Notes under the pieces: model-generated | The model's database searches: none | Told to the model about the DNA's origin: nothing | What the model saw: the letters and a program-made list of their open reading frames with translations, nothing else | Source: Planctomycetes bacterium GWF2_41_51 | GTDB lineage: Bacteria > Planctomycetota > Phycisphaerae > Sedimentisphaerales > UBA12454 | Reading direction: 5' to 3' | DNA: 64,000 nt | NCBI GenBank assembly: GCA_001825665.1 | Contig: MHXZ01000078.1 | Span: forward strand, 5,729-69,728 | Program-made: the position numbers and the translations under genes | In this document: piece after piece, positions 46,109 through 54,168 of the stretch | Position numbering within the stretch: the stretch's first letter is position 1 | Layout of the letters: every line of letters starts with the position of its first letter

Positions 46109-47386
46109 ATGGATTTCTTTCAATATAAAAATGGTGAGTTATACGCCGAAGATGTAAATGTCAGCAAAATTGCACAATCAGTTGGGACACCGGTTTATGT
46201 ATACAGCAAAGCGACGATTCTTGACCACTACAGAAAAATACAGAAAGCCTTCTCCGCCCTGGATACGAATATCTGTTACTCGGTTAAAGCCTGCGGAAAT
46301 ATTAATATTTTGAAAATGCTCGCAGAAGAAGGCAGCGGTTTTGACATCGTCAGCGGCGGTGAGCTTTTTCGTTCGCAACAAACAAATGTTGATATGAAAA
46401 AAATCGTCTTTGCCGGCGTCGGTAAAACTGATGAAGAAATTATAGCTGCCCTTAACGCAGGAATCGGATATTTCAATATCGAATCGGAAGCGGAACTTGA
46501 AAATCTCATCGGCCTTGCAAAACAAACCGGCAAAAAAACAAAAGCCGCTCTGCGTGTCAATCCGGATGTTGATCCGAAAACACACAAACATATCACAACA
46601 GGCAAAAAAGAAAGCAAGTTTGGTGTGGATATCGAACGTGCGGAAAGAGTTTTTGCACAATACGGCAAAAATGAAAATGTAAGTCTGTGCGCGATTCACG
46701 TGCATCTCGGTTCTGGCGGAAAAACCATCGACCCTTATTGCGAAGCCATAACGAAAGTTCTGCCGCTTATCGATTCGCTGCGGAATAAAGGATTTACAGT
46801 TGAAATGATCGATTTGGGCGGCGGATACGGCGCTGCTTATCAAAGCGATACAGTTCCAAGCGCAGCCGATTACGCCGAGGGCATTGTTCCTCTGCTTAAA
46901 GACAAAAAATTGAAACTTGTACTCGAACCCGGCAAAAGCATTATCGCAAATGCGGGCATTTTGCTTACTAAAGTTTTATATCTCAAACAAGGCGGCAGCA
47001 AAAAATTTGTTATCGTTGACGCAGGAATGAACGATTTAATCAGGCCTTGTCTTTATGAGGCATTTCATTTTATCTGGCCTGCGAAAGTCGCAAAAGAATT
47101 TTCTTTTCTGAAAAGAACCGACAAGCTTGATATCAAAGATTTGGAATTTGTTGATGTTGTCGGGCCGATTTGCGAAGGCACTGATTATTTCGCAAAAGAC
47201 AGGGCAATTCCGCCGGTCAAACGCGGAGATTTGATTTCGATTTTTACCGCCGGCGCTTATGGCTATACAATGGCAAGCAATTATAACGCAAGACGTCTTC
47301 CTGCTGAAGTGCTTGTCGATGGAAGTGATTTTTCAGTTATCCGCAAACGTCAAAGCTATGAAGATTTGATTGCACTGGAAAAGTAA
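46109..47386 (+). CDS. lysA: diaminopimelate decarboxylase
   Basis: YSVKAC (PLP lysine), GGGYG and EPGKSI motifs; 425 aa. Confidence 0.94.
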   Translation: MDFFQYKNGELYAEDVNVSKIAQSVGTPVYVYSKATILDHYRKIQKAFSALDTNICYSVKACGNINILKMLAEEGSGFDIVSGGELFRSQQTNVDMKKIVFAGVGKTDEEIIAALNAGIGYFNIESEAELENLIGLAKQTGKKTKAALRVNPDVDPKTHKHITTGKKESKFGVDIERAERVFAQYGKNENVSLCAIHVHLGSGGKTIDPYCEAITKVLPLIDSLRNKGFTVEMIDLGGGYGAAYQSDTVPSAADYAEGIVPLLKDKKLKLVLEPGKSIIANAGILLTKVLYLKQGGSKKFVIVDAGMNDLIRPCLYEAFHFIWPAKVAKEFSFLKRTDKLDIKDLEFVDVVGPICEGTDYFAKDRAIPPVKRGDLISIFTAGAYGYTMASNYNARRLPAEVLVDGSDFSVIRKRQSYEDLIALEK

Positions 47387-47767
47387 TTAATTTTCCGCGC
47401 CAAGCATTTGGTATAAAGCGTACAAACATGCTAAAAAGCCGATTGAATAATAAACAATCATTTGCCATTGTTTAATCATTGCTGCAATGACATGGAAAAT
47501 CAAAGGCACTAATCCTGTAATCATTTGTCCTGTGCCGGCAACTTTAGATGGAAACGCAATCATTATTGTTATCATTATCAATGGCAGCAATATAAAGGCA
47601 GCCAATGAAATTTTTTCCTGCAGGCAAACTTTCTTCAAAGTTTTTTGCTGTTCGGCTCTTTCAATCCTGACCAAAAGCTGTTCCGCAAAATTATCGGAAA
47701 TCAATTCATAATGTTTCTTTAAATTTTTTCTCAATATGTCATCGAATATTTTTTCATTATCTGCCAT
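47387..47767 (-). CDS. putative membrane anti-sigma factor
   Basis: Lies immediately downstream of the ECF sigma gene (2-nt gap). Cytoplasmic N-terminus plus TM helices. No ZAS motif. Confidence 0.45.
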   Translation of the reverse strand: MADNEKIFDDILRKNLKKHYELISDNFAEQLLVRIERAEQQKTLKKVCLQEKISLAAFILLPLIMITIMIAFPSKVAGTGQMITGLVPLIFHVIAAMIKQWQMIVYYSIGFLACLYALYQMLGAEN

Positions 47768-47769
47768 AT

Positions 47770-48324
47770 TCAGCGTCCTTCAACCTTATCGCCTAAAAGT
47801 TCTTTAAGTTTTTCCCTGCCTCTGAATAAATTTATTTTAATAGTATTCTCAGGCTTTCGCATAATACTCGCAATCTCTTTAATGCTTTTTTCCTGTCTGT
47901 AATATAAAACTATGGCCAATGCCTGGTCAAGGGAAAGTTTCTTTACTGCGTTCCATATATATTCGCCATTTTCAGCAAATGTTGTATCAGATGTTTCCTC
48001 TTTGTAGTTTTTCTGCAAATTTTCCTGGAGGTTTTGTCTGCGGATTTTTCCACGAAGGCAATCAATGGCTTTATTGTATGTTATTTTCCACAGCCAGGTG
48101 CTTAATTTTGCTCTGCCGGTGTATTTCCTAATCCCCTTGTATGCTGCCAGAAATGCTTCGCTTGCGACATCCTCCGATTCATTGTTGTCAAGCCCCAGCG
48201 TCCGACAGCAGAGAAAAACTTCCTGCTGGTATCTTTCTATAAAATCAGCGAACGCCCGGTTGTCTCCGCTGACGAGCCGATGTAATAAACCGTCTTTCTC
48301 AGTTTGGCCTGTATTAGAAGTCAA
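47770..48324 (-). CDS. ECF (sigma-70 family group IV) RNA polymerase sigma factor
   Basis: Region 2 (FLAAYKGIRKY...STWLWKITYNKAID) and region 4 (SIKEIASIMRKPENTIKINLFRGREKL). TTG start. Confidence 0.88.
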   Translation of the reverse strand: MTSNTGQTEKDGLLHRLVSGDNRAFADFIERYQQEVFLCCRTLGLDNNESEDVASEAFLAAYKGIRKYTGRAKLSTWLWKITYNKAIDCLRGKIRRQNLQENLQKNYKEETSDTTFAENGEYIWNAVKKLSLDQALAIVLYYRQEKSIKEIASIMRKPENTIKINLFRGREKLKELLGDKVEGR

Positions 48325-48342
48325 AAATGTATCCTTTTACAG

Positions 48343-48372
48343 GTTAGTCGTCCTAAAAATCGAAAAGTTTCA
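48343..48372 (-). promoter_or_regulatory. ECF-type promoter (TGAAAC-N16-CGACTAAC) upstream of the ECF sigma gene
   Basis: The minus strand reads TGAAAC ttttcgatttttagga CGACTAAC, ending about 18 nt before the TTG start. Confidence 0.55.
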
Positions 48373-48381
48373 ATATTTTTC

Positions 48382-48412
48382 TGAAACCATTATAATAACT
48401 CCTGCGACTAAC
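48382..48412 (+). promoter_or_regulatory. ECF-type promoter (TGAAAC-N17-CGACTAAC) upstream of the DUF4097 gene
   Basis: The plus strand reads TGAAAC cattataataactcctg CGACTAAC, 33 nt before ATG 48446. Confidence 0.55.
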
Positions 48413-48445
48413 GTTACGGAAAAACTTTTTTGGAAAGGATTATTT

Positions 48446-49366
48446 ATGAATAGGAAAATCATCATTAATTTCGCTGTTTTGGCAGTTCTGGTAATTCAAG
48501 GCATCTGTAATGCCGAAGCCAGATACTCAAGGCAGGTCAATTTAATCATTCCGGCTGCGCATGCCGGTTCTTTTGATGCTAAAATCCACAATGGCGAGAT
48601 AAATATCACTGGTTCTCAAACAACGGACTGCAATATAGCTGCTGAAATCAACATCAAAGCTGAAAATGAAGAAAAAGCCAAAGAATTCGCAGAAAAGGTA
48701 AAATTTGAACTGGTAACCGAGGGAGACGCTATCAAAGTAAAAATTGACAGATCGGATATCCCAAAATCTGTCCAAATGACTATCAATATGGATGTGATTT
48801 TACCTGCGGAAATAAATTTATCGCTTAAAACTCATAACGGCAAAATTAACGCCGCCAATATTGGCAAAATATCAGCCCTTACTCACAACGGAAATATAAC
48901 TGTTCAGGGTGCCTCAGGCGGAGCAGATTTAATAACTCATAATGGTAAAATAAACATCGATAATATTGCCGGAAAAATAAAGGCTATAACACATAATGGC
49001 GAAATAAAGATTAACGGTTCGCAAGACAAAGCCAATTTATTAACTCACAATGGCAAGATAAAATATACCGGCGCACTTGCAGATTTAAAATTTGAATCGC
49101 ATAATGGAAACATAGATATAACCTGCACCGGACAATCTTCAGCCATCTGCAATATATGGGCTCAAACACATAACAGCAGTATCAGCTTTGCTGCTCCTGA
49201 AAATTTCTCCGCAGTAATAGAAGCTTCAACGCATAGCGGTTCAATCAATACAGATTTGCCTGTTACAATAATTGAAAAAAGCAAAAATAAGCTGAAAGGC
49301 ACTATCGGAGACGGAAGAAATAATTTAAGTTTTAAAACACACAGCGGTTCGATAAAGATTAAATAA
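48446..49366 (+). CDS. DUF4097-type (LiaG/YvlB-like) secreted beta-helix repeat protein
   Basis: Signal peptide MNRKIIINFAVLAVLVIQGICNA. The motif THNG(K/N/E)I occurs 7 times, plus the variants IHNGEI, SHNGNI, THNSSI and two THSGSI. Start refined from the track's 48065, which overlaps the sigma gene. Confidence 0.78.
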   Translation: MNRKIIINFAVLAVLVIQGICNAEARYSRQVNLIIPAAHAGSFDAKIHNGEINITGSQTTDCNIAAEINIKAENEEKAKEFAEKVKFELVTEGDAIKVKIDRSDIPKSVQMTINMDVILPAEINLSLKTHNGKINAANIGKISALTHNGNITVQGASGGADLITHNGKINIDNIAGKIKAITHNGEIKINGSQDKANLLTHNGKIKYTGALADLKFESHNGNIDITCTGQSSAICNIWAQTHNSSISFAAPENFSAVIEASTHSGSINTDLPVTIIEKSKNKLKGTIGDGRNNLSFKTHSGSIKIK

Positions 49367-49386
49367 TTTTAAAGAAAGGAATAGAT

Positions 49387-49863
49387 ATGCTACCACAAAT
49401 ATTAGCTTTGACAATCAAGGGTGGTCCCGAAGGCGGAACTGTCGATATAGGCCCCTGGCCTTTTATTATCGGCTCTTTACCTTTTATCGTGGTAATTGTT
49501 TTCATTGTGATGCTCACATGGTATTTCCTGAACAAAAAACGACTCGAGCATCAGCAGATTATGGCTGCAATTGAGAAAGGTACTCCGCTATCGGAACTCG
49601 GACCCCTTGAAAAGAAAGGCTCTAATTGGATAATAAACCTTAGTGCAGGAATCGGGCTGTCTTTAATGGGTTTGGGTTTAATAGTCGTTGTGTTATCGGT
49701 TACCAAATGTCAACTCAACGACGATGCAGGCGTTGGATTATTTATCGCTTTGATATTCCTTACCGTCGGCATAGCAAGACTAATTCGCGGCATTCTACAG
49801 CGAAAAGCTGAAAAGAGTTTAAACGCAGAAAAATCAGCCCTTAACGCAAATCAGGGGGACTAA
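49387..49863 (+). CDS. small membrane protein (possibly DUF6249-like)
   Basis: Three hydrophobic helices and a KRLEHQQIMAAIEKG segment. AAAGGA ribosome-binding site. The 3' end overlaps convergent rtcB by 30 nt. Confidence 0.5.
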   Translation: MLPQILALTIKGGPEGGTVDIGPWPFIIGSLPFIVVIVFIVMLTWYFLNKKRLEHQQIMAAIEKGTPLSELGPLEKKGSNWIINLSAGIGLSLMGLGLIVVVLSVTKCQLNDDAGVGLFIALIFLTVGIARLIRGILQRKAEKSLNAEKSALNANQGD

Positions 49864-51267
49864 TTTCGCAACCTTTCTTGCGAGGCCGGCGTTTGATGTC
49901 GCCTCGACCACGGCACTTACGTTTTTGTAGGCATCAGGCGCCTCCTCAGCGAGGCCCCGCATTGAACGAGATTTAATTATTATCTTTCTTTGAGCAAGCT
50001 CTTTCATAAGCGTACTGCCCTGCCATTTTTTTGATGCGGCCGTTCTGCTCATACTTCTTCCCGCGCCGTGGCAGGCTGAGCTGAACGCGAGCTTTTCACT
50101 TTCAGCCGTACCTGCAAGAATATACGATGCAGTTCCCATCGTGCCGCCGATAAGAACAGGCTGGCCAAAAGATTTATACCTCGGCGGCAAATCGCTGCTG
50201 CCCGGGCCGAAAGCGCGAGTAGCGCCTTTGCGATGAACGAGAAGATGCTTCATTTTTCCATTTACCTGGTGCTCTTCGACTTTCGCGGTATTATGACTTA
50301 CATCGTAAAGCATTTTCAATTCTGAGTTCGGAAATATTTTTGCAAAAGTTTTTCGTACAAGTGCAGTAAGAATCTGCCTGTTGGCAAGTGCACAATTTAT
50401 GCCCGCACGCATTGCGCCAAGATAATCCTGACCGAGCGGGCTATTTACTGGAACTGATGCAAGTTCTCTATCCGGCAGTTCGATTCCATATTTCGGCGCT
50501 TCATAAGCCATTTGCCGTAAATAATCCGTGCCAATCTGATGACCAAGGCCGCGCGAGCCGCAATGAATGCTTATCATGCAATCACCTTTTTTAATTCCGA
50601 AACCTTCCGCGATTTGCGAATCGTAGACTTCGATAACTTTTTGAACCTCAAGATAATGATTGCCGCTGCCAAGTGTTCCCATTTCATCCCGCTGCCTGCG
50701 TTTTGCATCAGGTGAAACTTTCCCCGGCATCGCGCCTTTTATCATTCCATGTTCTTCGATGTAGTCGAGGTCTTCCTTTGTGCCGAAACCTTTTTCAACT
50801 GCCCATACCGCACCGCCTGTCAGCATATTATCAAGCGCTTCACTGGTGAGCGAAATTGTTCCAGTGCTTCCGACACCTGCGGGTATATCCCGAAACAAAG
50901 CATCGGCAAGTTTTTCTTTATTGCCTTCTAACTGGTCGAGTGTCATTCCGGTATGAAATGTTCTCACGCCGCAGGAAATATCGAATCCTACACCGCCGCC
51001 GGAAATTACACCGCCTGCATCCGGGTCGAACGCCGCAACGCCGCCGATACAAAAACCATACCCCATGTGAGCATCCGGCATCGCGAATGAACCTTTAACG
51101 ATTCCCGGCAGCGCAGCGACATTGCGAACCTGCGTCAGCGTCTTTTCATCCATATCATTAATCAAATTATTATCGGCAAAAATCACGCCGGGTACTTTCA
51201 TATTGCCGCTCGGTTCGATTCGCCAGCAATATTCCGAAACACGTTTTAATTCAGGCTTTGCCATCAT
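49834..51267 (-). CDS. rtcB: RNA 3'-phosphate/tRNA-splicing ligase RtcB
   Basis: 477 aa with MPDAHMGYG, GGVGFDISCG, GSGNHYLEVQ and HCGSRGLGHQ motifs. Confidence 0.96.
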   Translation of the reverse strand: MMAKPELKRVSEYCWRIEPSGNMKVPGVIFADNNLINDMDEKTLTQVRNVAALPGIVKGSFAMPDAHMGYGFCIGGVAAFDPDAGGVISGGGVGFDISCGVRTFHTGMTLDQLEGNKEKLADALFRDIPAGVGSTGTISLTSEALDNMLTGGAVWAVEKGFGTKEDLDYIEEHGMIKGAMPGKVSPDAKRRQRDEMGTLGSGNHYLEVQKVIEVYDSQIAEGFGIKKGDCMISIHCGSRGLGHQIGTDYLRQMAYEAPKYGIELPDRELASVPVNSPLGQDYLGAMRAGINCALANRQILTALVRKTFAKIFPNSELKMLYDVSHNTAKVEEHQVNGKMKHLLVHRKGATRAFGPGSSDLPPRYKSFGQPVLIGGTMGTASYILAGTAESEKLAFSSACHGAGRSMSRTAASKKWQGSTLMKELAQRKIIIKSRSMRGLAEEAPDAYKNVSAVVEATSNAGLARKVAKLVPLICVKG

Positions 51268-51671
51268 ACATCAATCACGCATTGAACAGTCCATTCTTTA
51301 TTTTCCTCTTTTACACTTAATTGATTTAACGTTACCGCTTTTGGCTCGACCGCGGGTGAGTGCCTGTCAAAATTTATTTTTTCACCCCAGGCAATTGCTG
51401 AAAGTTTTAAATTTTCAATTTTGACTTCATATCTGCCGAAGAGCATTTTTCTGATATCCATTTCATAGATAACCCTGCTCATCCAGTTAAAGAACAAGAC
51501 TTCCTCATTCTCTCCGCCGCATTCTATATTTACAGGCTCCAATGTTTCCACGTCTTTCGGGTCGGTGATAATCGCTGTCAAGCCCAGACCGGCATCTTCA
51601 AAGGCTCTGCTGAGAATGCCAGCCTTTGCTCTTATACCTATATCCGACTGATGAGAAAAATGTTCCCACAT
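51264..51671 (-). CDS. archease (RtcB activator)
   Basis: MWEHFSHQSDIGIRA N-terminus and C-terminal VKAVT motif. ATGA overlap with rtcB. The track's N-terminal extension is discarded. Confidence 0.85.
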   Translation of the reverse strand: MWEHFSHQSDIGIRAKAGILSRAFEDAGLGLTAIITDPKDVETLEPVNIECGGENEEVLFFNWMSRVIYEMDIRKMLFGRYEVKIENLKLSAIAWGEKINFDRHSPAVEPKAVTLNQLSVKEENKEWTVQCVIDV

Positions 51672-51738
51672 AATGAATCTCGAAGAAATCTTTTTAGAAA
51701 TTATAATATTTTCCAGATTTTTGGCTATTAAATAAAAA

Positions 51739-51827
51739 AGAAGTAAGGAATTAAGAAACAAAGAACACAGGGAATCGATTCAATTTTCCCTGCTTCTTAA
51801 CTTCTTTAATTTTCATTCCTTACTTCT
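51739..51827 (-). terminator. composite nested hairpin between adh and archease (terminator or attenuator candidate)
   Basis: Three nested stems: AGAAGTAAGGAAT/ATTCCTTACTTCT (13 bp), TTAAGAA/TTCTTAA (7 bp) and CAGGGAA/TTCCCTG (7 bp). It starts directly after the adh stop. Confidence 0.5.
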
Positions 51828-53036
51828 CTAACTTTTTGACGTAATCAGTTCTACTTTGACCCAGCCTTGCCTTCGTTCATCGAAAGCCTTGTAAGCTTCA
51901 ATTCCGGCGGTTAGCGGTTCAACATTCGTAATTACCTGCTGCGGTTTAATTTCGCCGTTTTGAATTAATTCCATCAGCATCGGGATATACTTGCGATGGT
52001 TGCAATTTCCCATGTTGATTTTCAGATTTTTATTCATTGCCTCGCCAATGGGAAAATGCTGCATTGTTTGAGGATAGACTCCAATCAACGAAAGCGTACC
52101 TGCTTTGGCAACAATCTTAATTGCCCAATGCAGAACCTGGCTGGGAGCTTCTCCCGGCGGCCATTCCGGATTTATTTCAGGTGCGATTTCGTTTACTTCC
52201 TTTTTGAATTTCTGTTTCATTTCTTTTTCATGTTTCCAACCGGGTCCTTTGGTCGGATGCGAAGCATCGATTCCCACGGCATCTATTACCCTGTCAACTC
52301 CGATTCCGCCAGTCATATGGAACACCGCTTCTATCGGGTCCTCGCTGTCAAAATCGATAATTTCGCCGCCGAGTTTCTGAGCGATTTCGAGTCTTTCAGT
52401 TATGCGGTCTATCGCAAAGACTTGTGCCGCTCCCATTAGAAACGCAGATTTGATAGCAAACAATCCTACCGGCCCGCAACCAAACACCGCTACAGTGCTC
52501 CCCGGTCTAATCCTCGCCATATCAGCGCCGTAATAACCGGTCGGCAAAATATCCGAAAGCACAATCGCTTCACGGTCGCTGATATCATCCGGAATTTTTA
52601 CAAGACCCACATTCGCAAACGGCACGCGCGCTTTTTCTGCCTGCAAACCATCTATCGGCCCCGTAAGTTGCGGCCCGCCGAAAAAACACGTACCAGCTTT
52701 CGGCCCATTTGGGTTTGCGTTATCGCACTGTGAATAATATCCGCTTCGACAATAAGAACAGAAACCGCACGCAATCGTTGAAGCGATTACAACTCTGTCC
52801 CCCGGCCGGAAATTCCGCACTTCTCTGCCGACCTGTTCTACAACCCCGACACCTTCGTGCCCAAGTATAGTGCCGGGAATCATTGGTCCCAAAGTTCCCC
52901 GAACTATATGCAGGTCTGTTCCGCAAATGGCGCTTGCAGTTATGCGCACAATCGCATCCTGTGGATGCTGTAGTTTCGGTTCCTCGACATCGTCCAGAAC
53001 GATATCGCCAATACCCTGAAATACTATCGCTTTCAT
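51828..53036 (-). CDS. zinc-dependent alcohol/formaldehyde dehydrogenase family protein
   Basis: GHEGVGVVEQVG, the structural Zn Cys cluster CGFCSYCRSGYYSQC, and GCGPVGL. Start ATG 53036 has an AAGGAG ribosome-binding site. Confidence 0.87.
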   Translation of the reverse strand: MKAIVFQGIGDIVLDDVEEPKLQHPQDAIVRITASAICGTDLHIVRGTLGPMIPGTILGHEGVGVVEQVGREVRNFRPGDRVVIASTIACGFCSYCRSGYYSQCDNANPNGPKAGTCFFGGPQLTGPIDGLQAEKARVPFANVGLVKIPDDISDREAIVLSDILPTGYYGADMARIRPGSTVAVFGCGPVGLFAIKSAFLMGAAQVFAIDRITERLEIAQKLGGEIIDFDSEDPIEAVFHMTGGIGVDRVIDAVGIDASHPTKGPGWKHEKEMKQKFKKEVNEIAPEINPEWPPGEAPSQVLHWAIKIVAKAGTLSLIGVYPQTMQHFPIGEAMNKNLKINMGNCNHRKYIPMLMELIQNGEIKPQQVITNVEPLTAGIEAYKAFDERRQGWVKVELITSKS

Positions 53037-53059
53037 CAAATATCTCCTTACGCTGGCAA

Positions 53060-53845
53060 TTATCCGCGAAGAGCCGCCGAAGCACTTCTCGCTTCTTCGA
53101 GTCGATGTGCCGCGAACTCCCAATTTGCCAGTTTCATAAAATTATCTACCCATTTCGCACGATCATTTTGAAATTTAAGATAATGCGCATGTTCCCACAC
53201 ATCGCATACCAGCACCGGCACAACACCCCAAATAGTCAGGTTTTGGTGTTTTTCGCATTGCAGTATCAAAAGTTTTTGCGAAACAGGCTCAAATGCAAGA
53301 ATTCCCCAGCCGTTGCTCTCCACTGCTTTTGATGCGGCAGCAAACTGCTGCATTGCCGCATTTGACGACCCGAAACTTTCGTCCAAAGCGGTTTTAAAAT
53401 CTGATGGTATTTTCCCTTCATTGCCGCCCGGCTTCATCGAATGCCAGAAAAGCGTATGCAGAATATGCCCGCTCCCATTGAAAGCCAATGCATTCGAAAT
53501 CGCCTGTATCTGGGTATAATCGTTGCTCTTGCGCGCGCTTTCAAGTTTTGAGAGCGCCTCGTTAAAACCTTTCACATATTTCGCATGATGCTTATCATGA
53601 TGAATTCTCACAGTCTCCTCATCATACAATGGCTCAAGAGCGTCATATTCGTACGGTAACTCAGGAAGCGTATATTGGCCATTTTCATACGCACCTGCAA
53701 AACTGTTCATATCCATAATTTTATCCTTTCTAATATTATTATTAATTATGTTTGTCTCTGCAAAGAGTCTTCCCGCAGTACCGGAAATAGCCGCTGCGGC
53801 TGCAAACTTCAAAACGCCTCGTCTGGAAAAAATAAGTTCATCCAT
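53060..53845 (-). CDS. Fe/Mn superoxide dismutase with twin-arginine (Tat) signal peptide
   Basis: SRRGVLKFAAAAAISG signal, then HHDKHHAKYV and DVWEHAHYL. Start ATG 53845 lies 1 nt after the upstream small-ORF stop. Confidence 0.9.
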   Translation of the reverse strand: MDELIFSRRGVLKFAAAAAISGTAGRLFAETNIINNNIRKDKIMDMNSFAGAYENGQYTLPELPYEYDALEPLYDEETVRIHHDKHHAKYVKGFNEALSKLESARKSNDYTQIQAISNALAFNGSGHILHTLFWHSMKPGGNEGKIPSDFKTALDESFGSSNAAMQQFAAASKAVESNGWGILAFEPVSQKLLILQCEKHQNLTIWGVVPVLVCDVWEHAHYLKFQNDRAKWVDNFMKLANWEFAAHRLEEARSASAALRG

Positions 53846-53846
53846 T

Positions 53847-54026
53847 TTAGTGAATTCTCGGCCTGTGCAAAATCCCAAATAAAAGGAAAACAACGAACAG
53901 CACCAAAAAAATGTAAAATAGAATTTTCGCCATTCCAGAAGCTGCCGCCGAAATTCCGGTAAAACCAAACAAAGCTGCGATTAATGCGATTACAAAGAAA
54001 ATAATAGCCCAGCGTAAAAGTCCCAT
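53847..54026 (-). CDS. DUF1328 (UPF0391/YtjA-like) small membrane protein, 59 aa (below the ORF-track cutoff)
   Basis: Hand translation: [67 protein letters not shown] ribosome-binding site 5 nt upstream. Confidence 0.75.
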   Translation of the reverse strand: MGLLRWAIIFFVIALIAALFGFTGISAAASGMAKILFYIFLVLFVVFLLFGILHRPRIH

Positions 54027-54168
54027 TTTAATTCCTTTCCAAAAAATAAGGTTGCATATTATTTTACGAATAAAGGAATTATGAATAATCAGGGTATGTC
54101 CTGAAATGCATATAATAGATTTGAATGCAAATTTATCTCAACGATAGATGCTTCTAATTACAGATATT

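Noticed and set aside
48065-48445. N-terminal 127 codons of the 433-aa track ORF
   Set aside because: This part overlaps the ECF sigma gene on the opposite strand. A signal peptide with a GGAAAGGA ribosome-binding site starts at 48446, so the real gene is 48446-49366.
51672-51761. N-terminal extensions in the track for archease (51672-51761), adh (53037-53123), SOD (53846-53968), mcrB (38825-38875), rubrerythrin (40664-40678) and hypE (44003-44071)
   Set aside because: The internal starts coincide with conserved family N-termini, good ribosome-binding sites or coupling to upstream stops. The extensions overlap neighbouring genes or regulatory hairpins.
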